Of a stretch of DNA of 64,000 nucleotides, positions 24,624 to 34,421 are shown piece by piece. Source of the stretch: Acidobacteriota bacterium (lineage in GTDB: Bacteria; Acidobacteriota; UBA6911; RPQK01; JAJDTT01); assembly GCA_965209055.1 (NCBI GenBank), contig OZ242374.1, forward strand, positions 1,504,001 to 1,568,000, in the 5' to 3' direction. A program made the translations under genes and the position numbers. The notes below the pieces were generated by a model that worked only from the letters and a program-made list of their open reading frames with translations, was not told the origin of the DNA and did not search any database. The first letter of the stretch is position 1, and each line of letters begins with the position of its first letter.

Positions 24624-27539
24624 GTGGGAGAGGTTGTCATTCATCATGGACCCGCCGCGCGGGACCGGTCGCGGCGGCTGCTTGAGGAGCGCCTTCGGAA
24701 GTCCGGGGCCCGCCCGCCCGAGTACCTCTACATCGTCGCCTCCCGTTGGCGAAAACAGCAGTTGGCGGGGGAGTTTCTGCAGGCAAACCCCCACACCTTC
24801 GAAATCCCGATCCTCACGTTTCAGGACTTGGTCGCCGCCCTCTTCCGGGAGATCGGATCCGGCCGGAGAGTGGTTTCGGAGACCGGCCGGAGATGTCTGT
24901 TGGAGGCGGTCCTGGAGGAGCAACTCCCGGCATCGGGAGGGAACGGCGAAGAGCCACCCGTATCTCTTTCCGAGGCGGGAGCCTGGGTGTCGACGCTCAA
25001 GGGCCGGGGCCTGACCAGCGAGCCGCTGATTCGGCTTCATCTCCAGCGGGAGGAGCGCGACCCGGAGGAAGCGAGCCGGTTGATCCGGGTCTTTCTCGCC
25101 TACCAGAAAAAGCTGGAGGCGCAGGGGTGGGAAGACGCGGCGGGAGTCCGCCTGAGCCTTTATGAGGCTCTGTTGACCGGTTCGCTCGACTGCCGCGATC
25201 GTTTTCCCCGCGTCGGAGAGATCCTCTTCGAGGGGCTCATCGCCCGAACGCCGGTAGAGAAGGGGCTGGTGCGCCTGCTGGCGGATCACGTGGGGAAGGC
25301 CTTCTTCTCGTTGGATCTGGAGTCGTCCGAGGAAGAAACGCGGCCCTTCGCGCTTCCGGTGGCCACGGTCAGGGAATGCTGGGAGGGGACGAACCCGGCG
25401 TGGCGTTTACACGCCGCGGACGAGACGGTTTCCCAAGTTCGCTTCTGCCGGCCGGAGCACCGGGAAGCGGAAATCCGGACGGTGGCCCGGGAAATTCAGG
25501 AACTCAAGACTCGGGAGCCCCGGATCCGGTGGTCCCGGATGGGTGTCGTCTGTCCCCGCGACGAGAGCTACCTGCTGCTTTTGAGGGAGATCTTTACCCG
25601 GCTGGAGATTCCCTGGCTGAACCTGCATGGAGACGCCGTGGGGTCCACCTACGCCTTTGGAGTCCTGACCGGATACGTGGAGCTGTTGTGGCGCGATTTT
25701 CGGCGGGACGACCTGTTCGATTTCCTCTCGTCCCCGTGGATCCATCCGGATGGGCTCTCGCCGGATCGAGTTCGGCTCCTGGAGCAACTGGCCTGTCAGG
25801 GCGGCTTCCGGGGCGGCGGGGAAGTGTGGGCAGATGCGTTCCCGAAGTGGATCGAGGGGAAACCGTCCCCGTCTTCGGAGGATTCGCATTCGGTCCCGGA
25901 GGGTTGCGCGGAGGCTTTTCGGGAGTGGGTCCGGAAACTCCAAGCTGATTCGTCGCGGCTCCGGACGGCCGCGGAGTGGGTTTCCCTGTTGTCCGGCCGG
26001 TTGGGCCCGCTCCTCCGACCGCCGGACGGGTGTGGAGACTGGGGGCGAACCGAAGGCCAGGCTCTGGTCCGCCTCCAGGTGAGCCTCCAGGAAGCCGCCC
26101 TGCTCTGGGGAGATTGCCCTCTCAGTCTCTCGCGCTTCCGCTCGCTGCTCCGCCGGCAGGTTTCCCGGATCCGAATTTCCCCCGCCCTGGATCGGGACGC
26201 CGTCGTCGTGGGAGGTGCCCGTCACCTGCAGGAGTGCGAGTTTCGGCATCTCTACTGGCTCGACTTCTCGGAAGGCCGGATCCCCGCCCGCCGCCCGGCT
26301 CCGTTTTCCGAGACGGTGGACCGGATGCCGGAAGAACTTTCCATTTTTCACGGTCTCCGCTTCCGGAGTCGGGAATCGGTGCTTCTGTCCTCGCCCCGGC
26401 ATGCCGACAACGGTCCGGTGTTGCCGAGCCATGTTTTGGAGTACCTGGACTTCCGGGAGGAGGGCCTTCCCCCTGCGGAGATGCCCCGGGACTCGGCGGC
26501 CTCTACGGCGAAAGGCGAGAACATCCACCGCGGCGTCCGGGCGCTGACCCTGAGGCGGTCGGACCATCCCAACGCCTTCAACGGTGTTCTCGACCGTCCC
26601 GAGATCCTGGACCGGATGCGCCGGCGCCACTTTCCGGCCGGGATGGATGTCTCTCCGGAGCGGCTGGAGGAGTATGGACGGTGCGGATTCCGGTTTTTCG
26701 TCCGGACGATTCTCGGGTCCAAACCGCCGCCGCCGGACTCGGATCTGCTTCGTGAAGAACACCGGCTGGTTCGGAGAATACTGTCCCGCTATTCGCAGGA
26801 TGCCGCCGCGAGCGGCCCCCTGGGTCTCGAAGACGGACGGCGCCGCATGGCGGACATCGTCCGGGAAGAACTGGAGGAATTGAGACAGGCCTTGCCTGTG
26901 GCCGGCGGCCTGCGCTGGGAGCAGACGCGGGCGTGGCTCATGGACGGACTGGAAGACGCGAACCCCCCGGGGTTGCTGATGCGATTCCTGGAGGAGGAGC
27001 GGGAGCGGGAAGCCGGCTTGGAGATCGATTCCGTGGAGACCACCCTGGGGCCCCTCGTGCTGGGCCGGCTTCCCGGCGGTTCGCGGACCGGTGACGGGCC
27101 GCCGCGGCCGGTTCGCCTGACGGGTCTTCTGGACCGGATCGAGAGGACTCCCGAGGGCTTTCAACTGGTGTCCTACGTGGCGGGACACCGGAATCGCCTG
27201 CGCGGGATCAGGGAGGGCTGGGGTTTTCGCCTCCCGTTGTCGCTGCTTCTGGTGCACTCCTATTTGGGCAAGGCGGCATCCGGAGGCTTCTACCATGCCG
27301 GACTGCCCGGATACCTGAAGTGGCGGCCGTTGCGGAAACCGGGAAGCCGGGCTCCGGCGGATGACCTGGAACAATTGATGGATCGTTATCGGGAAGAGGC
27401 TTTGGTGGCCTCCCGAAGGATCTGGTCCGGGACCTTTCCGGTGACCACCCACAAGCCGGCGGCCGCCGGCTGTGCCCACTGCAGCACCAGTCGAGTCTGC
27501 CGGCGGGAGGAAGCACAGGCCGGAGGGACTCCGGCGTGA
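24624..27539 (+). CDS. addB: AddB-like subunit (inactive helicase fold plus PD-(D/E)xK-like domain with Fe-S cysteines)
   Basis: EAEIRTVAREI, SPERLEEYGRCGFRFF, GLLDRIE, CAHC...VCR; GTGA-coupled to addA. Confidence 0.8.
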   Translation: MGEVVIHHGPAARDRSRRLLEERLRKSGARPPEYLYIVASRWRKQQLAGEFLQANPHTFEIPILTFQDLVAALFREIGSGRRVVSETGRRCLLEAVLEEQLPASGGNGEEPPVSLSEAGAWVSTLKGRGLTSEPLIRLHLQREERDPEEASRLIRVFLAYQKKLEAQGWEDAAGVRLSLYEALLTGSLDCRDRFPRVGEILFEGLIARTPVEKGLVRLLADHVGKAFFSLDLESSEEETRPFALPVATVRECWEGTNPAWRLHAADETVSQVRFCRPEHREAEIRTVAREIQELKTREPRIRWSRMGVVCPRDESYLLLLREIFTRLEIPWLNLHGDAVGSTYAFGVLTGYVELLWRDFRRDDLFDFLSSPWIHPDGLSPDRVRLLEQLACQGGFRGGGEVWADAFPKWIEGKPSPSSEDSHSVPEGCAEAFREWVRKLQADSSRLRTAAEWVSLLSGRLGPLLRPPDGCGDWGRTEGQALVRLQVSLQEAALLWGDCPLSLSRFRSLLRRQVSRIRISPALDRDAVVVGGARHLQECEFRHLYWLDFSEGRIPARRPAPFSETVDRMPEELSIFHGLRFRSRESVLLSSPRHADNGPVLPSHVLEYLDFREEGLPPAEMPRDSAASTAKGENIHRGVRALTLRRSDHPNAFNGVLDRPEILDRMRRRHFPAGMDVSPERLEEYGRCGFRFFVRTILGSKPPPPDSDLLREEHRLVRRILSRYSQDAAASGPLGLEDGRRRMADIVREELEELRQALPVAGGLRWEQTRAWLMDGLEDANPPGLLMRFLEEEREREAGLEIDSVETTLGPLVLGRLPGGSRTGDGPPRPVRLTGLLDRIERTPEGFQLVSYVAGHRNRLRGIREGWGFRLPLSLLLVHSYLGKAASGGFYHAGLPGYLKWRPLRKPGSRAPADDLEQLMDRYREEALVASRRIWSGTFPVTTHKPAAAGCAHCSTSRVCRREEAQAGGTPA

Positions 27540-30500
27540 GCTCGGCTGTCTCCGCACCCGTCCCCGGGAGAACCGGCGCGCGCTCGCCCCGAAACCGGGA
27601 AGCCGGCCCGGAGCCGAGCTACGACGAGTCCCAGCGCCGGGCCCTGGACCTCACGACGCACATGGTGGTGTCGGCGGCGGCGGGGTCGGGAAAGACCCGG
27701 GTCCTGGTGGGCCGCTACCTGCGGATCCTGGAGCATCACGGCCACCAACCGCACCGGATCGTCGCCATCACATTCACCGAGGAGGCGGCTTCCCAAATGG
27801 CGGCCCGCATCCGGGAAGGGGTCCTGGCCAGACTCTCCAGAGCTCCTTTCCCAGAGTCGAAACGTCCCTGGGCACAGGCGCTGGCGGCCTTGGGAGACGC
27901 TCCCATCACCACCTTGCACAGCTTCTGCCTGAGGATTCTCAGGGAACACGGAGGCCGGATCGGCCTCGATCCCGGATTCGGCGTCCTGAACGGAGGGGAT
28001 CAGCGCCTGCTGCTGGACCGGTGTCTCCAGGAGCTGCTCGACTCCTGGTCCCGCAGCCGGCTTCCCGCGTTCGCGACGCTGCTTCGATATCTGCCGTACC
28101 GGAGAATCGAAGGAGTCCTGGCCGAAGTGGTCCAGAGGCGGAATCACCTGGCGGCCCGCTCGTCCCTCGACCAGGCTGAGATCCTGCGCCGCCTCTATGG
28201 GCGGGAAACGGCGCACTTCCTGGCGCGGTCGGAGGTGTGGGCCCGGTTGCGGCGCCTTCTGGAGCGGGTGCCGAAACGGCTCTTGATCCGGAACGATTCC
28301 TTCGCCCGTAAATGCGTTCGGCAGAGGGAACTCTTTCGGGCGCGCCCCACGTTGGACGACAAGGAGTTCCTGGTTCGATTCGAGGAAGCTCTGGGCCTGG
28401 TGGCGCGGCCTTCCAAAGCCTGGACGGACTGGGAACATCGTGCCGCCCTGGTGAAGTGCTGGAAGGCGCTCAAAGAGGAATACGGCCGGTATCCGCTGCG
28501 GGTCTCCCGCCCCTCCGATGAATCCGGTTTCGACGGCGACGCTCACTTCGACAAGGCGATGCTGGCTCTGGAGGAACTGGCAGGCCTGGCTCTGGATCGC
28601 TATCGGTCAGAGAAGGAACAGGACTCGCTGCTGGATTTCGAAGATCTTCTGGCGCTGGCTCGTTCGTTGATCCGCTTGCCGGACGTTCGCAGAAGTCTTC
28701 GAAGCCGGCATCGATTTTTCCTGGTGGACGAATTTCAGGACACCAACCGCCTGCAATGGGAGATTCTCAAGCCGCTCGTGGGCGCCGGCGCGAATTTCTT
28801 CGCCGTCGGCGACGACAAGCAGTCCATCTACCGCTTCCGGGATGCGGACGTCGCGGTATTTCGAGCGGTTCGAAAGTGGGTGCGGAAGCGGGGACGCGTC
28901 GTCGAGCTTCGCCGGAACTACCGTTCTCATTCCAGCCTGGTGCGATTCAGCAACCGGGTCTTCCGGTACTTGATGCAGCCGGGGTTGGACTACGAAGCCG
29001 TTCATCAGGAGATGACCCCCGTCCGGAAAGAGTCCGCCGTCGCGGACCCGGGTGTCCGTGGATTGCTCTACGAGAAGCTCCCGCAAGGCTACGGCACCGA
29101 GGCCGAAGTCGCGGCGGAGGCGGCCATGGAACTGCTGTCGGAAGGGTTCCAGGCCCACGAAATCGCTGTATTGCTCCGGAACCGCACCCGGCTCCGGGAG
29201 TTCGAGAACGCTTTCTGCCGCTGGGATTTGCCATTTTCCGCCCGCGGGGGCAATCGGCTTCACGATCAACCGGAGATCGTGGACCTGACGAATCTGCTCC
29301 GCTTTCTGGATGATCCAGGGAGGGACCTGGAATTGTTGGGGGTGCTCCGGAGTCCCCTGTTCAATTTCTCGGACGAGGATCTTCTGCTCCTGTCGCTGCA
29401 GGAGGGGTCCGGGATCTGGAGAAAGCTTCGGTCCGCCAAGCCTCCCTCGGGGGCCTGGCCCCGGCATTGGATCTTCGCGCGGGAATCGTTGGGCGCATGG
29501 GTCCAGGCGCCGTACCAGGGATCGGCCGCCATTTTGTCTCAAGTGATCGCAGAGACCGGCTACGATGAGATCATGGCGGCCGGAGGCCGGGGAGATCTGG
29601 CCCGCAACAGTATCCGCCGGCTGTTGGAACTGGCTCGAAGATTCGAGATCGGCCATGGGCCTTCGCGGCGCCCATTTTGCCGCCACCTGGAGGGACTTCG
29701 CCGGCTCGGGGCCCAAGAAGGAGGATTCGCGGAAGGCGGCTCGGACCGGATTAGTGTCCACACCATTCACGGAGCCAAGGGCCTGCAATTTCCGGCGGTC
29801 ATCCTTCCCGATCTGGGCGCCCCGCTTCTGGCCGGGATGATCGATCCGTTCTTTGGCCAGGCGGTGGGGAAGGAGGAGAACCAGTATTGTTTCGGTCTCG
29901 CGATCCGCAACCCACTGCGGGGATATGAGCGGTACCGGCATCCTCATTACGAGATGTTGCGGCGGCTGGACCGGTATCGCCAGACGGCCGAAGAGAAACG
30001 GCTCCTCTACGTGGCCCTGACCCGGGCCCGCGAGAGGATGGTCTTGATCGGGAAGAAGTCGCGGCGGCCCTCCTACGCCCGCTGGTTGCAGGAGGCGGAC
30101 GCAGAGACGTACATGACCCCGCTGACCCTCCGGCCTCTCGACGGCTCCCGCAAATCAGCCGGCCGGGAGCCCGGGGAGAACGACCTCTCTCCCACGGTCC
30201 CGACCCCGGTCCTCACCGGGCAATCGGACTTGGCGAGCCGGGATAACCGTCTCGCTCCGGGCGCCGACAGTTGGAGCAAGACCACCTGGACACCGACCGA
30301 GATCGTCTCCTACTATCGATGCCCCCGGAGCTTCTTCCATTCCCGGGTGGAGGGACGCGTGGAGGCTCCGGCCTCGGGTTGGCGAGCGAGCCCGTCGGCG
30401 TTGGTGGGCTCCGCCGTGCACGAGCTGCTTGAGAAACCGGGCGCGCTGGGAGATGAAGCGGCGGTGGAACGTTTCCTGGACCGGTGGCGGACGAGGCTTG

Positions 30501-31048
30501 GCCCGCTCTACTCGGAGGAGGAGATTCGACGAATGAGCCGGCGCATCGAAAAAAGCATCGAGGGTGTCCGGAAGAGCCGCTTGGCGGAACGTCTCGCTTC
30601 CGCCCGCAAAGTCTTCAGCGAAAAACGATTCCATGTCGTGGAGCAGGGCCGCCTGGTGACGGGGATTATCGACAAGCTCTTTCAGGAGGGGAACGGCCGC
30701 TGGGTCGTCGTGGACTTCAAGACGACTCGCCGGACTGAACCTGGAGAGAGACAGGAGATCGACGAGAAGGGTTATCGTCTCCAGGTCCGGATCTACCTGT
30801 GGGCCGTGTCCCGGATCTTGGAGACCATGAATCTGGCGGGGCGCCTGCTGTTCACGGAGGCTGGAACTCTGCGGCCGGTGACCTTCGACGCCGGCGTCGC
30901 GGCCCGATGCGGGGATCTGGTCGGCAGGCTGCCCCAAACTCCGGATCCGCACCGTTTTCTCCGGACCCGGATCGCCGAAACCTGTTCCGGATGCGGCTTC
31001 ATGACCGGGGGTTTGTGCCCGGGGGCCGCGGGACCCCATGCCGATTGA
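27536..31048 (+). CDS. addA: AddA-like UvrD helicase-nuclease
   Basis: AAAGSGKT, AITFT, LVDEFQDTN, VGDDKQSIYRFR, NYRS, TIHGAKGLQF, EEKRLLYVALTRA, GIIDKL...VDFKT. Confidence 0.9.
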   Translation: MSSAVSAPVPGRTGARSPRNREAGPEPSYDESQRRALDLTTHMVVSAAAGSGKTRVLVGRYLRILEHHGHQPHRIVAITFTEEAASQMAARIREGVLARLSRAPFPESKRPWAQALAALGDAPITTLHSFCLRILREHGGRIGLDPGFGVLNGGDQRLLLDRCLQELLDSWSRSRLPAFATLLRYLPYRRIEGVLAEVVQRRNHLAARSSLDQAEILRRLYGRETAHFLARSEVWARLRRLLERVPKRLLIRNDSFARKCVRQRELFRARPTLDDKEFLVRFEEALGLVARPSKAWTDWEHRAALVKCWKALKEEYGRYPLRVSRPSDESGFDGDAHFDKAMLALEELAGLALDRYRSEKEQDSLLDFEDLLALARSLIRLPDVRRSLRSRHRFFLVDEFQDTNRLQWEILKPLVGAGANFFAVGDDKQSIYRFRDADVAVFRAVRKWVRKRGRVVELRRNYRSHSSLVRFSNRVFRYLMQPGLDYEAVHQEMTPVRKESAVADPGVRGLLYEKLPQGYGTEAEVAAEAAMELLSEGFQAHEIAVLLRNRTRLREFENAFCRWDLPFSARGGNRLHDQPEIVDLTNLLRFLDDPGRDLELLGVLRSPLFNFSDEDLLLLSLQEGSGIWRKLRSAKPPSGAWPRHWIFARESLGAWVQAPYQGSAAILSQVIAETGYDEIMAAGGRGDLARNSIRRLLELARRFEIGHGPSRRPFCRHLEGLRRLGAQEGGFAEGGSDRISVHTIHGAKGLQFPAVILPDLGAPLLAGMIDPFFGQAVGKEENQYCFGLAIRNPLRGYERYRHPHYEMLRRLDRYRQTAEEKRLLYVALTRARERMVLIGKKSRRPSYARWLQEADAETYMTPLTLRPLDGSRKSAGREPGENDLSPTVPTPVLTGQSDLASRDNRLAPGADSWSKTTWTPTEIVSYYRCPRSFFHSRVEGRVEAPASGWRASPSALVGSAVHELLEKPGALGDEAAVERFLDRWRTRLGPLYSEEEIRRMSRRIEKSIEGVRKSRLAERLASARKVFSEKRFHVVEQGRLVTGIIDKLFQEGNGRWVVVDFKTTRRTEPGERQEIDEKGYRLQVRIYLWAVSRILETMNLAGRLLFTEAGTLRPVTFDAGVAARCGDLVGRLPQTPDPHRFLRTRIAETCSGCGFMTGGLCPGAAGPHAD

Positions 31049-32729
31049 AGAGCGGACAGTGATGCAACGGGAACAGTTGGAGGTGGACGTTCTTTTCGTC
31101 GGTGCGGGACCGGCGTGCTTGAGTGCGGCGTTTCACCTGTCGCGCCTGGTGAGCCGGCACGACCGTGAAGTGGAAGCCGGGACCCGGCCGGGCCCGCTCC
31201 TGGGTGAGCAGCTCCTGCTGGTGGTGGAGAAGGGCAAGGAGATCGGGTCGCATGCCCTGAGCGGCGCCGTCGTGGACCCCAGGGCGTTTCGCGCTCTGCT
31301 TCAGGATCTTCCCGGCACGGAACCGCCGCTGGACGCACCGGTGTGGAAAGAGGACGTCCTGTTCCTTACCAGGAAGAGGCATTTCCGGCTTCCCGTGATT
31401 CCGCCGCCGCTGCACAACGAAGGCAACCACGTGGCCTCGCTGGGCAAGCTGGTGAAGTGGCTGGCCGCCCTCTGCCAGGACCATGGGGTCGAGGTCTACC
31501 CCGAATTCCCGGCGGTCAAGCTGCTCCTGGATGGAAACCGGGTGGTGGGAGCCCGGATGGGAGACCGGGGACTCGACGCCAAGGGACAACCCCGATCGCA
31601 CTACGAGCCGGGAACCGACGTTTTGGCCAGGATCACGGTCCTGGGCGAGGGGCCCAGAGGCACGCTGACCCGCCAGGCGGAGGAGCAACTCGGACTGGAC
31701 CGTGAAGGCGGCCCTCAGCTCTATTCGCTGGGGGTGAAGGAGGTCTGGCGCGTCCCGGGAATCGAGCCGGGACGGGTCTATCACACCCTGGGCTACCCGA
31801 CGGGAACCCGGGAGTTCGGCGGCGGCTTCATCTATACGTTGACTCAGGAGCAGGTCCACGTGGGGTTCGTGGTGGGACTGGACTCGCGGGACCCGCGCGA
31901 AGACGCTCACCGTTTGCTTCAGGAATACAAGCGTCATCCCTTCGTGCGCCGGCTTCTGGAAGGAGGCCGGGTGGTCTCCTACGGCGCCAAGGCCATTCCC
32001 GAAGGGGGCTACCACTCGATGCCGCGGCCCTACGCCGACGGACTGCTCCTGGTGGGGGATTCGGCCGGTTTCCTCAACCCGGCCCGGCTGAAGGGGATCC
32101 ACTTGGCCATCGAGTCGGGAATGATGGCGGCCGAGGCGGCGTTCGAGGCTCTGGTGGCTCGTGACTGTTCCGCACAACGGCTGAAACGGTACGTCGAGCT
32201 GTTCGAAGCCAGCGAGGCCCGAAAGGAACTCCATGGGGCGCGCAACTTCCGGCAGTCCTTCCAAAGAGGGTTCTGGACGGGAGTCCTCTACAACGGTTTG
32301 CAGACGCTGACCGGCCTGGGGTGGGGAGGCGTCTGGAAGACGGTGCCGGGCCATGAGCGGATGGAAAGAACGAGTGGTTCCGCAGCGGCCGGGCCGGCGC
32401 CGCCGCCTGCCGACGGCGAGCTCACCTTCGACAAGCTCTCAGACGTCTACCTCTCGGACACGGCGCACGAGGAGGACCAGCCGAGCCACCTGAAGATCTC
32501 GGACCTGGACCTCTGCCGGGACCGGTGTCGAAAGGAGTACGGCAATCCCTGCCAGCATTTCTGCCCGGCAGGCGTCTACGAGATGGTGCAGGATGGGGAT
32601 CGCCCCAGGCTGCAGGTCAACTTCACCAACTGCGTCCACTGCAAAACCTGCGACATCCTGGACCCGTATCAGGTGATCCTGTGGACTCCTCCCGAAGGCG
32701 GAGGCGGTCCCGACTACAAGAACATGTAG
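31038..32729 (+). CDS. Electron transfer flavoprotein:quinone oxidoreductase
   Basis: VGAGPA, EKG..IGSHALSGA, LGVKEVW, KGIHLAIESG, FCPAGVYE...NCVHCKTCDI. Confidence 0.93.
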   Translation: MPIEERTVMQREQLEVDVLFVGAGPACLSAAFHLSRLVSRHDREVEAGTRPGPLLGEQLLLVVEKGKEIGSHALSGAVVDPRAFRALLQDLPGTEPPLDAPVWKEDVLFLTRKRHFRLPVIPPPLHNEGNHVASLGKLVKWLAALCQDHGVEVYPEFPAVKLLLDGNRVVGARMGDRGLDAKGQPRSHYEPGTDVLARITVLGEGPRGTLTRQAEEQLGLDREGGPQLYSLGVKEVWRVPGIEPGRVYHTLGYPTGTREFGGGFIYTLTQEQVHVGFVVGLDSRDPREDAHRLLQEYKRHPFVRRLLEGGRVVSYGAKAIPEGGYHSMPRPYADGLLLVGDSAGFLNPARLKGIHLAIESGMMAAEAAFEALVARDCSAQRLKRYVELFEASEARKELHGARNFRQSFQRGFWTGVLYNGLQTLTGLGWGGVWKTVPGHERMERTSGSAAAGPAPPPADGELTFDKLSDVYLSDTAHEEDQPSHLKISDLDLCRDRCRKEYGNPCQHFCPAGVYEMVQDGDRPRLQVNFTNCVHCKTCDILDPYQVILWTPPEGGGGPDYKNM

Positions 32730-32749
32730 GGGTGCAGGGGCGCCCCTAC
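32726..32749. repeat. GTAG-type palindrome between convergent genes (collapsed REP pair or bidirectional terminator)
   Basis: GTAGGGGTG-CAGGGG-CGCCCCTAC; each arm contains the TAG stop of one gene. Confidence 0.6.
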
Positions 32750-34401
32750 GATGGTTTTCCCATTCCTCGTCTCAGGCGAAGAGCGGCTTCGACGCCGAGC
32801 CAGAGCGAAAGCGCCACGATGATTCCCCCCACGACCAGCAACAGGTGGGCTCCCGAGTTCCAGAAGTCGGCCATTTTGTAGGACATGGCCACCAGGGTCG
32901 TGACCAGCATGAAGAGCATGGGAACGCCCGTAAACCAGAACGGGCGCCGGCGGTGCATCAGGTACAGCGTCACCGTCAGCAGGGTGAGCGCCGCCAGAAC
33001 CTGGTTCGTGGTGCCGAACAGTTGCCAGAGCGCCAGGCCGGCGGCCTTTCCGTCCACTCGATAGAAGGCGAAAAATCCGATGGTGGCGACTGCCCCGAGA
33101 GAGGCGACGTAACGGTTCGAGAGAATCCCGACTCCCAGGGTTTCTCCGATTTCGCTGATGTTGAAGCGGAGCAGCCGGGTAGCCGAGTCCAGGGTGGTGA
33201 GGGCGAACGAGATGGCGATGAGGGCGACGAAGGCCTTGGAGAGTTCCAGGGGAATGCCCAGTTGGCTCATGAAGAGGGCGGCTCCGTCGATGAACGCCTT
33301 CATGTTCGGTCCCAGGCCCAGGGCCGTATCCCAGGTCTGGTAGTGGGCCATCCAGAGATCGCGCGTGAGGAAACCCGCCGTGCAGGCCAGCACGGAGACG
33401 AGTCCCAGCAGGGATTCTCCGATCATGCCCCCATAGCCGATGAAGGTGGCGTCGGTTTCCCGGTTGATCTGCTTCGCCGTGGTCCCCGAGGAGACCAGTC
33501 CGTGAAATCCCGAAACGGCTCCGCAGGCGATGACGATGAATACGAAGGGGAAGATAGGGGGAGCTCCGGGCGGATGAGTCTGAACGGCCGGAGCCGCGAA
33601 CTCGGGACCGAGCCAGAAGAACCCGGTGTAGATCAGGAACAATCCCAGGTACAGAAGCAGTGAGTTGATGTAGTCCCGGGGTTGAAGCAGCGACCAGACC
33701 GGCAACACGGAAGCGGCCAGGCTGTAGACCAGCAGGATCACGCTCCACTGCCCCAGGCTCAGATCGGGGCTGGGAAGCTGGACACCCATCCAGACGCTCA
33801 GCAGGGTCACGGCGAAGGCGACGGCGGTGGCCTTCTTGATGGACGCGTTGCGCTTGTACACGAGCCAGCCCACGACCAGAGCGACCACCATCAGGGTTCC
33901 GCTGGGATAGATGGCCTGAGGGTTGTATTGAGTGGTCAGGAGCGTGGCCGAGACGTGGACGAAGACCCCCATGGCCAAGCCGATGAGGAAGAAGATGATG
34001 ATGTGGAACAGGCTCTTGGCCCGGGGACCCACGATGTCCTCGGCCACCTTGCCCACCGACATGCCCTTGGCGCGCATGGAGATCACCAATGCGCTGAAGT
34101 CGTGGACGGCTCCGATGAAGAGCGTGCCCAGAACCACCCAGAGCATGGCCGGGACCCATCCCCAGATCACCGCGATGGCGGGACCCAGCATGGGGGACAG
34201 GCCGGCGATGGAGGCGTAGTGATGTCCGAACAGCACCCACCGGTTCGCCGGGACGTAGTCCACTCCGTCTTTCAGCTCATGGGCGGGCGTGGTGGCGTTC
34301 GGATCCAGCCGGAAGATCCTCCGGCCCAGGTATTTGCCGTAGAACCTGTAGCCGATCAGGTAGAGGCAGAAGCAAAGCAGGGCGGCGAGGATCGGACTCA
34401 T
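32746..34401 (-). CDS. cstA: Carbon starvation protein A family transporter
   Basis: TPAHELKDGVDYVP, FGHHYASIAG, IACGAVSGFH, TTLDSATRL, WQLFGTTNQ; AGGAG RBS before 34401. Confidence 0.93.
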   Translation of the reverse strand: MSPILAALLCFCLYLIGYRFYGKYLGRRIFRLDPNATTPAHELKDGVDYVPANRWVLFGHHYASIAGLSPMLGPAIAVIWGWVPAMLWVVLGTLFIGAVHDFSALVISMRAKGMSVGKVAEDIVGPRAKSLFHIIIFFLIGLAMGVFVHVSATLLTTQYNPQAIYPSGTLMVVALVVGWLVYKRNASIKKATAVAFAVTLLSVWMGVQLPSPDLSLGQWSVILLVYSLAASVLPVWSLLQPRDYINSLLLYLGLFLIYTGFFWLGPEFAAPAVQTHPPGAPPIFPFVFIVIACGAVSGFHGLVSSGTTAKQINRETDATFIGYGGMIGESLLGLVSVLACTAGFLTRDLWMAHYQTWDTALGLGPNMKAFIDGAALFMSQLGIPLELSKAFVALIAISFALTTLDSATRLLRFNISEIGETLGVGILSNRYVASLGAVATIGFFAFYRVDGKAAGLALWQLFGTTNQVLAALTLLTVTLYLMHRRRPFWFTGVPMLFMLVTTLVAMSYKMADFWNSGAHLLLVVGGIIVALSLWLGVEAALRLRRGMGKPS

Positions 34402-34421
34402 GGATACGGTCTCCTGTGGGA

